DNA of 64,000 nucleotides from an uncultured Bacteroidota bacterium (GTDB lineage Bacteria; Bacteroidota; Ignavibacteria; UBA10030; UBA8401): NCBI GenBank assembly GCA_963717445.1, contig OY970334.1, positions 901,798 to 965,797 of the forward strand, read 5' to 3'. Shown piece by piece: positions 50,524 to 60,285 of this stretch (position 1 is its first letter; each line of letters starts with the position of its first letter). The notes under the pieces were generated by a model. It saw only the letters and a program-made list of their open reading frames with translations, ran no database searches and was not told where the DNA came from. The position numbers and the translations under genes were made by a program.

Positions 50524-52443
50524 CTATTGAGCATCCTGGAGCAAAGACAAATAGGTTACAGCACCAATCGCATGATAAAAAGGAACACCCCACACTTCTT
50601 GGGTATTCCATTCGACGGCATTTAACGTCTCCATATATGGAGTGTCGTCCAATCGTCCGACAAAACCGTCCACCGTGGCGTCGGGAATACGATAATTCAC
50701 GAACGATGCAATAACAGGATGTCTGAAACCAATGCCGGTGAAAAGACAAAGACCCGTGGTGTTATGGCCAGTCGCCCATTGAATCAATTTCTCACTTTCA
50801 TCGCGGTAAAGTTCTTTTTTCCACAGGAGAGCGGCCCGTGCAAGGAGGTAGGCGTGTTGCATAAGAACGGCATCGGTTCCATGTACCATTTCCTGCGCAT
50901 TGAGCGGGCTGATGAATGTACGAACATAATTCCCCCCGCCAGCGTCGCGAAACGTCACTTCATCGGAATGGAGCGGCTTCACAAACACACCGTACGGTGT
51001 CACCGAAAACGGATTGCTCATAGCATCTTTCAAAATGTAGTTCTCGATATATCGTTTCACTGCTAACCCCGTTCGTTTCGTGAGGTCGGACATCTTGGGT
51101 GCGTCAAGCTCGCACACGCGCAACAACGCCATCGCCGGTTCTGCATTCCACACGATACTGCGGTAGCCGTCGGTCTTCCCCTTCTCGTAGAAATATCCGT
51201 TCAACTGGTATTCGCCGGTTTCCTGTCTACTCATGAGCTCGTTGGCCAATCGTTCAATCTCTTCGCCGCTCACTCGCGCCAGTCCGGATGCGTACAATTC
51301 GCAAGCAGCGAGCAATTCTTCTGCGACAAATAGTGTTCTGCCGTCATGCTTCACCTTCTGACTGTATTTCCATCCCAATTCGGCAAGGTGCTCGCACTTC
51401 AAAGCATCTGCGGCATCGAGAACCCGCGAAGCAAAGACCTGATTGCGGATAAAAAGAAATTGGCAGACCGGGTTATACGTGGTGCGAATTTTTCTCTCGT
51501 CTCCGTTCTCCTTAATATTGTCGCTCTTCCCTTCACCGGAACCGAGGCACCCTGCATGGTTTTCACACCACCAATCGTCCTGATAATTTTTTCCTCCACG
51601 CAGAGGCCCACTCCCGATATCTTCGTATACTCGTCCCTCAGGAGTGATCATCGCTTGAAAGAACTTATTTCCCCATTTGATTTCATCGAGGGCATCTTCC
51701 CTGTAAGCAGGATCAGCATGTTGCACAATCATGGAGAGGGCTTCGATATGCGAGCTTGTTTGCGAAATCCACTTACGGAAATCTCCCGCGTCGTTCCAAC
51801 CGCCGGCAGCCGGAACATACGACCCATCCGTATCAAGAACCCCGTCGTCTGCGTTCTCGAGCGGCCGTATGCCGGGGGTCTCAATTCCCGACCGCTGACA
51901 ATGTAAATAGTTGAGATAGCTCCGGATCAGACGCTCGTACGGATTGCGTTCAATCACGAATGGAGTTGTGAAACCGTACTCAGTTTCAATCTGGTAGATT
52001 CCCGGTTGATTGAATGCGGTGAAATCACCCTGCCAGAATGTCCCCCAACGGCTGGCGATTTTTTTTAACGTCCCCCAGTACGCAGAAACACCGGCTCTGG
52101 ACTTATCATCTCCGGCATATTTCCCCTTGTCAATGTCGAACGGCCAATCAAAGAAAGCGCCAGTCCAAGCTTTCGGCAGGTGCTGTTCCCGTTTCATGCG
52201 TGAAAGCAGGCGATCGACATAGAAGGGAATTTCGTCAGGAAGCGCCGAGTCCGCGGGGGAAGGCAACAACGTTACAGTCTTCGGACCTAATTCCCGAAAC
52301 CCAAGTTGCGATGTTACAACAGTAGGCTGGGTTACATATGTCTTGCAGACTTCCTGTGATTCAAGATGTCCGGCAGAAATCAGGAGAATGATAATGAGTG
52401 GAGCCGATGCTTTTCTTAAGACCATTTGGGTTAGAGCGATCAT
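50524..52443 (-). CDS. glycoside hydrolase family 9 (endoglucanase-like)
   Basis: AGGWNDAGDFRKW is the GH9 signature (GGWYDAGDhvKf), and the protein has an (alpha/alpha)6 fold length. The start was placed at an internal ATG that precedes a signal-like segment. Confidence 0.65.
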   Translation of the reverse strand: MIALTQMVLRKASAPLIIILLISAGHLESQEVCKTYVTQPTVVTSQLGFRELGPKTVTLLPSPADSALPDEIPFYVDRLLSRMKREQHLPKAWTGAFFDWPFDIDKGKYAGDDKSRAGVSAYWGTLKKIASRWGTFWQGDFTAFNQPGIYQIETEYGFTTPFVIERNPYERLIRSYLNYLHCQRSGIETPGIRPLENADDGVLDTDGSYVPAAGGWNDAGDFRKWISQTSSHIEALSMIVQHADPAYREDALDEIKWGNKFFQAMITPEGRVYEDIGSGPLRGGKNYQDDWWCENHAGCLGSGEGKSDNIKENGDERKIRTTYNPVCQFLFIRNQVFASRVLDAADALKCEHLAELGWKYSQKVKHDGRTLFVAEELLAACELYASGLARVSGEEIERLANELMSRQETGEYQLNGYFYEKGKTDGYRSIVWNAEPAMALLRVCELDAPKMSDLTKRTGLAVKRYIENYILKDAMSNPFSVTPYGVFVKPLHSDEVTFRDAGGGNYVRTFISPLNAQEMVHGTDAVLMQHAYLLARAALLWKKELYRDESEKLIQWATGHNTTGLCLFTGIGFRHPVIASFVNYRIPDATVDGFVGRLDDTPYMETLNAVEWNTQEVWGVPFYHAIGAVTYLSLLQDAQ

Positions 52444-52685
52444 GTATATCCTTAGGTGATAAGCAGATGGTTTGCAGCGAGACAGCGTTGTGAACAAATC
52501 GTTCTGGCCAGTCTAATCTGTTGCGGCAGAGAGTCTATTGAACTCGATAGGCCATCGTGGATGAGCTTATTTCAAATATACACAGCACGGACAAGCATTG
52601 CAATGCTCGGTAGCGGTACGTTTTCAAACCCTCCAGATCATTAATATTTTGGCGATAATTGTAACTGAGAATAGTGTGATTTTGC

Positions 52686-53333
52686 GTGTTGCTTTTCAAA
52701 TCAACTATTCTTATCCTATACACGTCTAACCTATCAGTGGAACCTTCCAACAAATATCGCAAGAAGCTACTTGAGGCAATGGTTTATTTCGCCTCAGCGC
52801 TAAGGAATCCGACCAAGATGATGATGTATAAAGTCTTGGCCGAATTTGATTTTAGGCATATAGAAAAAACGGGTTTACCTGTAACGAATCTTGAATATGA
52901 AGCATGGGAAAGAGGGCCGGTACCACGAGAGCTTCATAACGAAATAACAAAAGGGAATGAACTGGTTTTACCAGATGATTTTCAAAAATCATTATATGTT
53001 GATAAAGAAGAATTTGTTGATAAAGAGACTGGCGAAACAAAATCTAAATTTATTTTTCGCAATAAGCGCAAAGCAGATTTATCTGTTTTCTCTCCACGAC
53101 AAGTAAAGATTTTAGAGCAAGTAACCGAAATTTACAAATATACAACTGCTACTGATGCCTCAAAAGCATCCCACGCATTTGATAAGCCTTGGGCAAAAAC
53201 GATTAAGAAAAAGGGGGAGGGGGCGGTTATAGATTATGCTGACCATATAACAGATAAAACGCCATTAAATAAAGAAGAGGCGGCAGAATGGAGACGGGAA
53301 TCGCTCGCATTCAAAAAAAACATGAATGGTTAA
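52686..53333 (+). CDS. Panacea-domain (DUF4065, SocA-like) putative antitoxin
   Basis: MMMYKVLAEFDFRHIEKTGLPVTNLEYEAWERGPVPRELHNEI matches the KLLYxAD...G.PIT...Y.A...GPV core. It lies in a roughly 37% GC islet. The start could be the internal M at 52803. Confidence 0.6.
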   Translation: MLLFKSTILILYTSNLSVEPSNKYRKKLLEAMVYFASALRNPTKMMMYKVLAEFDFRHIEKTGLPVTNLEYEAWERGPVPRELHNEITKGNELVLPDDFQKSLYVDKEEFVDKETGETKSKFIFRNKRKADLSVFSPRQVKILEQVTEIYKYTTATDASKASHAFDKPWAKTIKKKGEGAVIDYADHITDKTPLNKEEAAEWRRESLAFKKNMNG

Positions 53334-53739
53334 GGCTGGGGAAATATATTTTAATCCGTGTTACGAGTATCCTGCGGGGAACATTGAAGATAAACTTCTT
53401 GTGGTATTGAAAACCACATCGCTACCCACCGATCCGGTTATACTTATCCCGACCACAACAAATAAAAGCAATTATCCGTACCGCGATGGGTGCAACAAAA
53501 ATAAATATATCTTCTATCTAAAAGCAAAGCAGGATTTTTTTGTTAACAATACAATTATTCAAATCTATATTTTAAACGGGGCGAAATTCGCCCTACAAAG
53601 TCAGTTTGATTTATCAGTAAAGAATAAAACAATTGAGCATATAGGTTCTCTAAAAAGCAATACATTCCAACAACTTCTCGATTGCATAAAATCTCAGAAA
53701 GATGACATAGACCAAGATACATATGCCCTTCTCTTTTAA
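53326..53739 (+). CDS. MazF/PemK-like putative endoribonuclease toxin
   Basis: GEIYF...DKLLVVLK...DPVILIPTTTNKSNYPY resembles the MazF strands (GDLIWVDF...RPAVVLS...CLCVPCTTQSKGYPF). It overlaps the upstream Panacea gene by 8 nt. Confidence 0.5.
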   Translation: MVKAGEIYFNPCYEYPAGNIEDKLLVVLKTTSLPTDPVILIPTTTNKSNYPYRDGCNKNKYIFYLKAKQDFFVNNTIIQIYILNGAKFALQSQFDLSVKNKTIEHIGSLKSNTFQQLLDCIKSQKDDIDQDTYALLF

Positions 53740-53829
53740 GCTGCTTTATTTTCCTTCACTTTAGATTCAAACAAATCTTCCCAATTCCAAATCTTATTTG
53801 TGTTCAGGCTGAGTCCCATTCCCCTTTTC

Positions 53830-56229
53830 TTACAGTCTGAAATGATTTTCGCCGGCGATTAAACGATGCTTCTCCCCTTTCCAAACCAGATAGCCCGAAG
53901 TCTTTTCCGGTAGCCTTATCTCTATATCCCATCCCGAATTCACTAGGACGTAGCTTACCAGAATATCTCCTTTGGGATGCGGCATCTCTCCGCTTGCGCG
54001 AGTCAACGCACCGAGATGAGGTTCGATCTTAATCACGCTAAAACCGGGCGCATCGCTGTCGATGCCGAGTACTGTCCTAAAGAATTCAATGTTCGGGCTT
54101 GCACCCCATGCATGGCAATCAGAGCGCGTGTTCTTCAGGTCGGATATTTCTCCCAGCGTGGTCATTCCGTATCGTAAATTTTCTTTCCACACTCCGAGCC
54201 AGTCCGGATAACCATTTCCAAGTCCCGCCTCTGTGAGCGCGCGGTATACATAGTATTTGAAATAGATAGTCGCTTGCGTTAAGGAAGTGTCGGCAAGTAT
54301 CTTCCAAGCCAGCGCGTCAGCCTCTTTTCCAGAGATTGCCCCCGACAGTATTGCGAGGGCGTTCGCATGCTGGGAGAAGAGATTTTTTTCTTTCGTATCT
54401 GCGAATTCGCGCCTGCCGCCTTCCCAGTATTTCCCGAGAATTGTCTTTTTCATTTGCGCGGCCCACGACAAATACATCTCGGCATACGATTTCATTCCCA
54501 GCCTGCTTTCCATTTCACCGGCGAGCTCGTATGCCCACAAGAGCTGCATGTCAACTATCGAAGAACTGCCGTCCTTCCCCACCGGAGCCATGCCATCTTT
54601 CCATCCGTCTCCTTCCACCCAATCCGCAAAAACCCAATAAGGTGTATTCCGCAGCGAACCGTCGTTCGCCTGATAGCGATGGAAGAATGAGAGCACCTGT
54701 CTTTCTCCCGGCAGCTTGCTTCTCACGAATTCGCTATCCGGCGTATATACCCAATAGTCGTGCAGCATTCCGATCCACCAAAGTGAGAATGGAGGAATCA
54801 ACTGTGTGGTAACGGTAGGGTAGCGGCTCTGCGTCAGTCCATCCGCAATTCGTGAACCGTCCAGCAGGTCAATCGCGTTCCTGGCTAGGCGGCAGTCGCC
54901 GCTGTTGTAGTACGAAACAAGCGCCTGAATTCTTGTATCTCCCACATATTGCAATTGTTCATAATACGGACAATCCATGTATGTCTCGAACGCGCAAAGT
55001 CGAGCCGTCCTCCAACCTATGTTCAGAATTTTTTCAAGGCTTGAGTCGGAACAATCAAATTTAGCATTGAGGCGAAAAGGATATCCGGTGTACGTCCTGT
55101 ATATATCCTCTATCGTAAGCGAATCGCTCGCCGTCCTGACTTCGATCTGAATGTAACGGTACGCCCTCCACCAGAGCGGTGTGAAAGTCTGGCCGACACC
55201 ACCGTCAGACACGACTCTGTCTTCCAATCCGATGAACACTTTGCCGGATACATTGTTCCTGTTGTCCTTGTAAAAACGAGCTGGCAATGTCGAATCTTCC
55301 CGGCTCTCCGTATACAACGCCTCCGCGTATTTTATTGAAATTGTTGCCCCCTTCCCGCCACTGAAGGCAACGGTCGGATACGAAACGGTAAGATAAGTTT
55401 GGTCAAGAAGGATACGCGCTTTGGTATTCGGGGGAACAACAATCGGGGAATTACCGGAGGTGAACAAACTAGGGACCTTCACGCCGGCGGCTTCGCGAAC
55501 TTTCGGTATTCGCTCCTGTTTCATTTCCATTTGCGGAATCTCTGACGGGACTAACATCCAGCCGGGGTCGTAAGTGAAAACACCCTTGGGCATCCCCTGA
55601 AATATCTGGGCGGCATTTTTCCAAGAGGAATCGTCATAGTGTTCACCGCTCCATCCGCTTTCATGCTTGTTCATGTCAAGAAATTCGCCGGGGCTTGCTG
55701 CATAATATCCCTTCACCTCCGGTGCCATCTGGCGAAATCCGTCGTCCCGGACACATTTCCATGAGCTGTCGGTATCTACGAATTCTTCCATCGAAGAGTT
55801 TCCCTGTAGGATAAACCCGGTGCGATACGAAATCTGAGCTTCGGGCCTCCGCTCGCCGTCATTCCAAACAATTGCAGCAATGATGTTCTTCCCTTCAATC
55901 AGGTACGGAGATATATCGACGGTCTCGTACCGCCAGTGAAGAAGGTCTCCTCGCGCAGGGCCGAGCGAAACAAGGCTCCCGTTGACAAACAATTTGTAGC
56001 GATTATCCGCGGAGACATGGACGATAAAGGGAGAGGGAGTGTAATGAAGATTAAACTCTTTTCTAAAAAGATAGACCCCATAACCGACGGTGGATTCTTT
56101 CGGCACTTCTATCCAGAAAGCTTTCCACGGATTGTGAAGAATTGAATCCACCTCCGCTTTCATTTCTTTGTCTGACATCATCAACAAAAAAATGAGCGCT
56201 GCTGCAAAAAAGATTGTTCTCCTATTCAT
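53830..56229 (-). CDS. alpha-L-rhamnosidase (GH78)
   Basis: The roughly 800-aa product has the bacterial rhamnosidase N-terminal beta-sandwich and six-hairpin domains (FDCSD..LEKI, YMDCPYYEQ). Confidence 0.8.
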   Translation of the reverse strand: MNRRTIFFAAALIFLLMMSDKEMKAEVDSILHNPWKAFWIEVPKESTVGYGVYLFRKEFNLHYTPSPFIVHVSADNRYKLFVNGSLVSLGPARGDLLHWRYETVDISPYLIEGKNIIAAIVWNDGERRPEAQISYRTGFILQGNSSMEEFVDTDSSWKCVRDDGFRQMAPEVKGYYAASPGEFLDMNKHESGWSGEHYDDSSWKNAAQIFQGMPKGVFTYDPGWMLVPSEIPQMEMKQERIPKVREAAGVKVPSLFTSGNSPIVVPPNTKARILLDQTYLTVSYPTVAFSGGKGATISIKYAEALYTESREDSTLPARFYKDNRNNVSGKVFIGLEDRVVSDGGVGQTFTPLWWRAYRYIQIEVRTASDSLTIEDIYRTYTGYPFRLNAKFDCSDSSLEKILNIGWRTARLCAFETYMDCPYYEQLQYVGDTRIQALVSYYNSGDCRLARNAIDLLDGSRIADGLTQSRYPTVTTQLIPPFSLWWIGMLHDYWVYTPDSEFVRSKLPGERQVLSFFHRYQANDGSLRNTPYWVFADWVEGDGWKDGMAPVGKDGSSSIVDMQLLWAYELAGEMESRLGMKSYAEMYLSWAAQMKKTILGKYWEGGRREFADTKEKNLFSQHANALAILSGAISGKEADALAWKILADTSLTQATIYFKYYVYRALTEAGLGNGYPDWLGVWKENLRYGMTTLGEISDLKNTRSDCHAWGASPNIEFFRTVLGIDSDAPGFSVIKIEPHLGALTRASGEMPHPKGDILVSYVLVNSGWDIEIRLPEKTSGYLVWKGEKHRLIAGENHFRL

Positions 56230-56241
56230 AACTCTTTTTTT

Positions 56242-57186
56242 CTATTTCATCCAGCCGTTATCATGCATCCAACTCAGCAGCGGTTGCATCCACTTCTCGG
56301 GTGGGATTCTTGCGGCAAATCCATGCTCTCCCTTTGGAATGATCATGAGCTCTGCGGGTACGTTGTGGCAGCGAAGAGCTTCAAAAAATTCGATACTATT
56401 GTCAAGATCAACTGTCTTATCATCTTCCGTATGCATCAGGAAGGTCGGCGGAGTGCTAGCGGTGACATTCTTTTCGCTTGAAAAAAAATCTATGAGTGAG
56501 TCGGAGGGATGTTCCCCAAGCAATAGATTTCTGGAACCGATATGGCCAAGTTTATTTGTCATGCTTATGACGGGATAGACCAGTATCATGAAATCGGGGC
56601 GCAGGCTGATGTTTTCTCCATCAGCGACAAACGCTCTGTCAAAATGGGTGCCGGCCATTGAAGCCAAATGACCTCCGGCAGAGAACCCCATGATCCCGAT
56701 TTTGTTAGAATCAATTCTCCAAGATCCCGCCCGCTCCCTTACGACTTTTATAGCCTGCTGTGCATCCTGCAACGAACCGATAGTCTTATCAACCATCGTC
56801 GAGTCGCTAGGGAGTCTGTATTTAACGACAAAGGCAGCGATCCCTTGTTTTACGAACGCTTGAGCGATTTGGGTACCTTCTATTTCATACGCCTCCAGAT
56901 AATAACCTCCGCCGGGAAAAATGAGAACCGCCGAACCGACCGATTGATTGGAATCAGGAAGATAAGCGGACATCGAAGGAATGCTGACGTTTCTCACAAA
57001 CTTTATTCCATTGCCTCCGCCCATTATTTCAGCGGAAGCGACAGCGATCGAGTTTGGCACTTTGCCCTCGTAAAGCGGTACAACCCCCTGACCGAAGGCT
57101 TGATCATTCAAGAAGTAGAAAATACCCAGTGCGAAAAATACTATTGCGAAATTTTTCACATTTGCCGCCTCTCTATTCTTCATCAA
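56242..57186 (-). CDS. alpha/beta hydrolase (carbohydrate esterase / lipase-like)
   Basis: It has a signal peptide, the G-F-S-A-G nucleophile elbow (GFSAGGHLA), and Asp and His downstream. Confidence 0.65.
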   Translation of the reverse strand: MMKNREAANVKNFAIVFFALGIFYFLNDQAFGQGVVPLYEGKVPNSIAVASAEIMGGGNGIKFVRNVSIPSMSAYLPDSNQSVGSAVLIFPGGGYYLEAYEIEGTQIAQAFVKQGIAAFVVKYRLPSDSTMVDKTIGSLQDAQQAIKVVRERAGSWRIDSNKIGIMGFSAGGHLASMAGTHFDRAFVADGENISLRPDFMILVYPVISMTNKLGHIGSRNLLLGEHPSDSLIDFFSSEKNVTASTPPTFLMHTEDDKTVDLDNSIEFFEALRCHNVPAELMIIPKGEHGFAARIPPEKWMQPLLSWMHDNGWMK

Positions 57187-57290
57187 CCGCCGAATTGCTT
57201 AAAATGTAAAATCAACGAACTGCCCCGCAATCAGCAGTGGGTTTTCACCCGCGTTACGGGAACATGACGATTTCCATCTGCACTAACTCA

Positions 57291-59327
57291 TCAAGGAGCC
57301 CAATCGTCGGTTCTGAATGTAGATGCCGGCATTCCTTCCTTATTGAACAGCGTTGCAACCGCATCGTTCGTCCACGTGTATCTGACTGCGATCGGGCTTT
57401 TCACATTGTCATTAAATACAATAAGTTTCTTCCCATCGACTTCAACATTCGCCTTTACAAACACGCTGTCATTTCCGGCGATGAGGAAATTCGTTTCTCC
57501 ATTGCTCTCTTTAAAAGCGAGACCTTTTCCGGCATCATCGAAAGAGAGAATGATTTTCCCTTTTCGGATCTTCATCGATTTGTACAACGGTCCGGAACAG
57601 AGCACCCTCTCGTGATAGTCTTTGGCGAGCGCCCACAATGCAAGCCTGAGACCAACATCCTGTTTATCCGACGGATGAATGGCGCTCGTGCTGGCGATAT
57701 CAAGCGTTACCGCCATTCCCGTGTTGGGCATAGAGAGCACAAGTCGCTGCGCTTCCCTGACCATATATGACTTCGCAATTACACCGTATTTAAAAGGAGC
57801 GATTTGTACATAATAGAATGGAAAATTCCCCTCTCTCCAATCGCTTCTCCAGTTTTTAATCATCAACGAGAAGAGAGTCTTGTAGTTGTTGTAATCGTTC
57901 GGAGATCCGGAATTCGATTCCCCCTGATACCATATTGCACCTTTGATGTAATAAGGAATCAACGGGGCGATCATGCCGTTGTAGAGCATCGTCGGGGAGC
58001 TCGAACCGATATTCACGATGGACTTCGGCCGCGAATAGAATTCTTCACCCAACGCTTTGTAGACGTAGAATTTACTTCCCATGTATTCGGCGACGGGGAG
58101 ATATTTCCATTCTCCAAAAAGAGCAACACTTGCTGTGGTATCCTTGGCGCTGTCGGGATGAATCCGCATTGTAAGCCCGCCTCCCCAAATTCCGCCCGCG
58201 CCGTCGTTATGGATTACTCTTAAGGCGACCGTCAGAATGGTATCGTTGGCAATTTCTTTCGGAACAGGATAGACGCGAGGAGTCTGGCCGAATCCTCCGT
58301 TTTCCATCGCCCCGATACGAACGCCGTTCGCGTAACAGGCGTCCATGTCGTCGATTGGTCCCAACTCTATGACTAACCTGCTGTTCAGCCATTTTCGCGG
58401 TATCTCCACTTTCTTTCTGAACCATACAGCACCATGGAAGTCTCCGATTTCCGTAGACTCCCAATATGCCGGCAGGTTCATTTTTCTCCATGCGTTATCG
58501 TTGAAAGCCGGCATAGGACAAGCGCTGTCGCCAAAATCCAGGTTCTCGTATTGATGCGCGGCATCCTTCGCCCCGATGTCAACTGTAGGATGGCTGCGTA
58601 TCCAATTATTCAATCTCTCTACCTCACCTCTGGGGTCCACAATTTTTTCCACAACCGGTGTGTACTCGCCAAGCTGTCCGAGGTATTTTCCACTGATCCA
58701 GGATTGTATTTTTGTTCCGCCCCAGCTCGAGAAGATCAGCCCGATCGGGACACCCAGTTTAGAATGTAATTTCCTTCCGAAGAAGTATGCAACCGCGCTG
58801 AATTTTGCCGCCGTTGTTGGATTACATTCGCTCCAATTTCCGGCACAATTGAACTCCGGTAAATTCGAGACGGCTCTCGTGACGGTAAACAGCCTGATGT
58901 CCGGATAGTTTGCTTGCTTGATTTCCGCCCCGGAATTTTGAATCAAGTTTCCCGGCGGCCAACCTTCAAGCGGTATTTCCATATTTGATTGCCCAGAGCA
59001 AAGCCATACTTCACCGAGCATCACGTTCTTATAGGCGATGGCTGAATCGCCAACAATGACATTCACTTTATACGGTCCGCCGGCCTTTAATGTCTGAAGT
59101 CGGACTTCCCACGTGCTGTCAGCCCTCACGACTGCCTTTGCTGCCCTTCCCCAGCTTGCCTTCACGGCGACTTTGGACCCTGGCATCGCCTTCCCCCAGA
59201 AAGGGACATTCGCTTTCTGCTGGAGGACCATATTGTCGGAAAAAATAGCAGGCATGATAACAAAACCGCTTTGCGATTCAGCTTGAGCAACTATTATGAA
59301 CGATAGCAGAAATACGATAATTTTCAT
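57291..59327 (-). CDS. sialate O-acetylesterase-like (SASA/SGNH) carbohydrate esterase
   Basis: An N-terminal signal is followed by LCSGQSNM (GDS-like SGNH block I) and a second SASA half C-terminally. Confidence 0.7.
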   Translation of the reverse strand: MKIIVFLLSFIIVAQAESQSGFVIMPAIFSDNMVLQQKANVPFWGKAMPGSKVAVKASWGRAAKAVVRADSTWEVRLQTLKAGGPYKVNVIVGDSAIAYKNVMLGEVWLCSGQSNMEIPLEGWPPGNLIQNSGAEIKQANYPDIRLFTVTRAVSNLPEFNCAGNWSECNPTTAAKFSAVAYFFGRKLHSKLGVPIGLIFSSWGGTKIQSWISGKYLGQLGEYTPVVEKIVDPRGEVERLNNWIRSHPTVDIGAKDAAHQYENLDFGDSACPMPAFNDNAWRKMNLPAYWESTEIGDFHGAVWFRKKVEIPRKWLNSRLVIELGPIDDMDACYANGVRIGAMENGGFGQTPRVYPVPKEIANDTILTVALRVIHNDGAGGIWGGGLTMRIHPDSAKDTTASVALFGEWKYLPVAEYMGSKFYVYKALGEEFYSRPKSIVNIGSSSPTMLYNGMIAPLIPYYIKGAIWYQGESNSGSPNDYNNYKTLFSLMIKNWRSDWREGNFPFYYVQIAPFKYGVIAKSYMVREAQRLVLSMPNTGMAVTLDIASTSAIHPSDKQDVGLRLALWALAKDYHERVLCSGPLYKSMKIRKGKIILSFDDAGKGLAFKESNGETNFLIAGNDSVFVKANVEVDGKKLIVFNDNVKSPIAVRYTWTNDAVATLFNKEGMPASTFRTDDWAP

Positions 59328-59537
59328 GTCATTCCTATTCGTTTTGAATTGTACTATTTCCCGATCATTTACTTTCGTAGAGCCATTCTCTTGATGGCGA
59401 TAAAGCTTTTAAATCGCTCGCCGGCACTCGCGTATAATTTCCCATGGAGGATCATCAAGAGTTTGTGCAAGCAGGCTCGTTTGCAGTTGCTGATAAGAAA
59501 GCAAGCGGTAGATCAATAGGTGATACTAAGAAATTCT

Positions 59538-60194
59538 CTACTTCTTGATTTTCGATTTTGCTTCTTGGAAGTTGCTGGTGAGGCGCTGTGCGCGTTCGGT
59601 CAACACAGAATATCTCCCCTCTTCTATCGCCTTCTTATCAAGAAGGTCGCTCCCTATGCCGACGGCAACCGCACCGGCAGCTATCCATTCTCCGACATTT
59701 TCAATTGTGACTCCTCCTGTCGGCATCAATCGGATCTGTGGGAACGGACCGGCGATGTCTTTGAAATATTTCGGTCCGAGCGACGTTGCCGGAAATACTT
59801 TGATGATGTCGGCTCCGGCGTTCCATCCCGCTAAAATTTCCGTCGGCGAAAAACATCCGGGCAAACAGACGATATCGCTCTCCCGGCAGACAGCGAGAAT
59901 ATCGAGATTCAGCGCAGGCCCTACGACAAATTTTGCTCCGGCCTTGATGACGTCGCATGCACCCGATTTCTCGGTCACGGTTCCCGCTCCAATCAAGATG
60001 TCGTGGGGTGCATTGCGTGCCATTTCTCCAATGATGTCGACTGCGCCGGGGACTGTCATTGTAATCTCAATGCACTTGACTCCTCCAGCCCGGACCGCGT
60101 CGACGACTTTTGAGAGGCGTTTCGGATCCTTCATGCGGATGACGGCAACAACTCCGTTTGACAGTATTTGGGTGAGCGTTTCTTTGCGCGACAT
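59538..60194 (-). CDS. eda: 2-dehydro-3-deoxy-phosphogluconate / 4-hydroxy-2-oxoglutarate aldolase
   Basis: VVAVIRMKD, GVKCIEITM, and the Schiff-base lysine in GAKFVVGP are present. Confidence 0.85.
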   Translation of the reverse strand: MSRKETLTQILSNGVVAVIRMKDPKRLSKVVDAVRAGGVKCIEITMTVPGAVDIIGEMARNAPHDILIGAGTVTEKSGACDVIKAGAKFVVGPALNLDILAVCRESDIVCLPGCFSPTEILAGWNAGADIIKVFPATSLGPKYFKDIAGPFPQIRLMPTGGVTIENVGEWIAAGAVAVGIGSDLLDKKAIEEGRYSVLTERAQRLTSNFQEAKSKIKK

Positions 60195-60285
60195 AATTAT
60201 CCTTTTGAGATCGGAACGATGTTGAGGTTACGGTCAAACTTGAAATTGAGAATACATCCGCACAGTTTCATTCTCTCCATTATTA

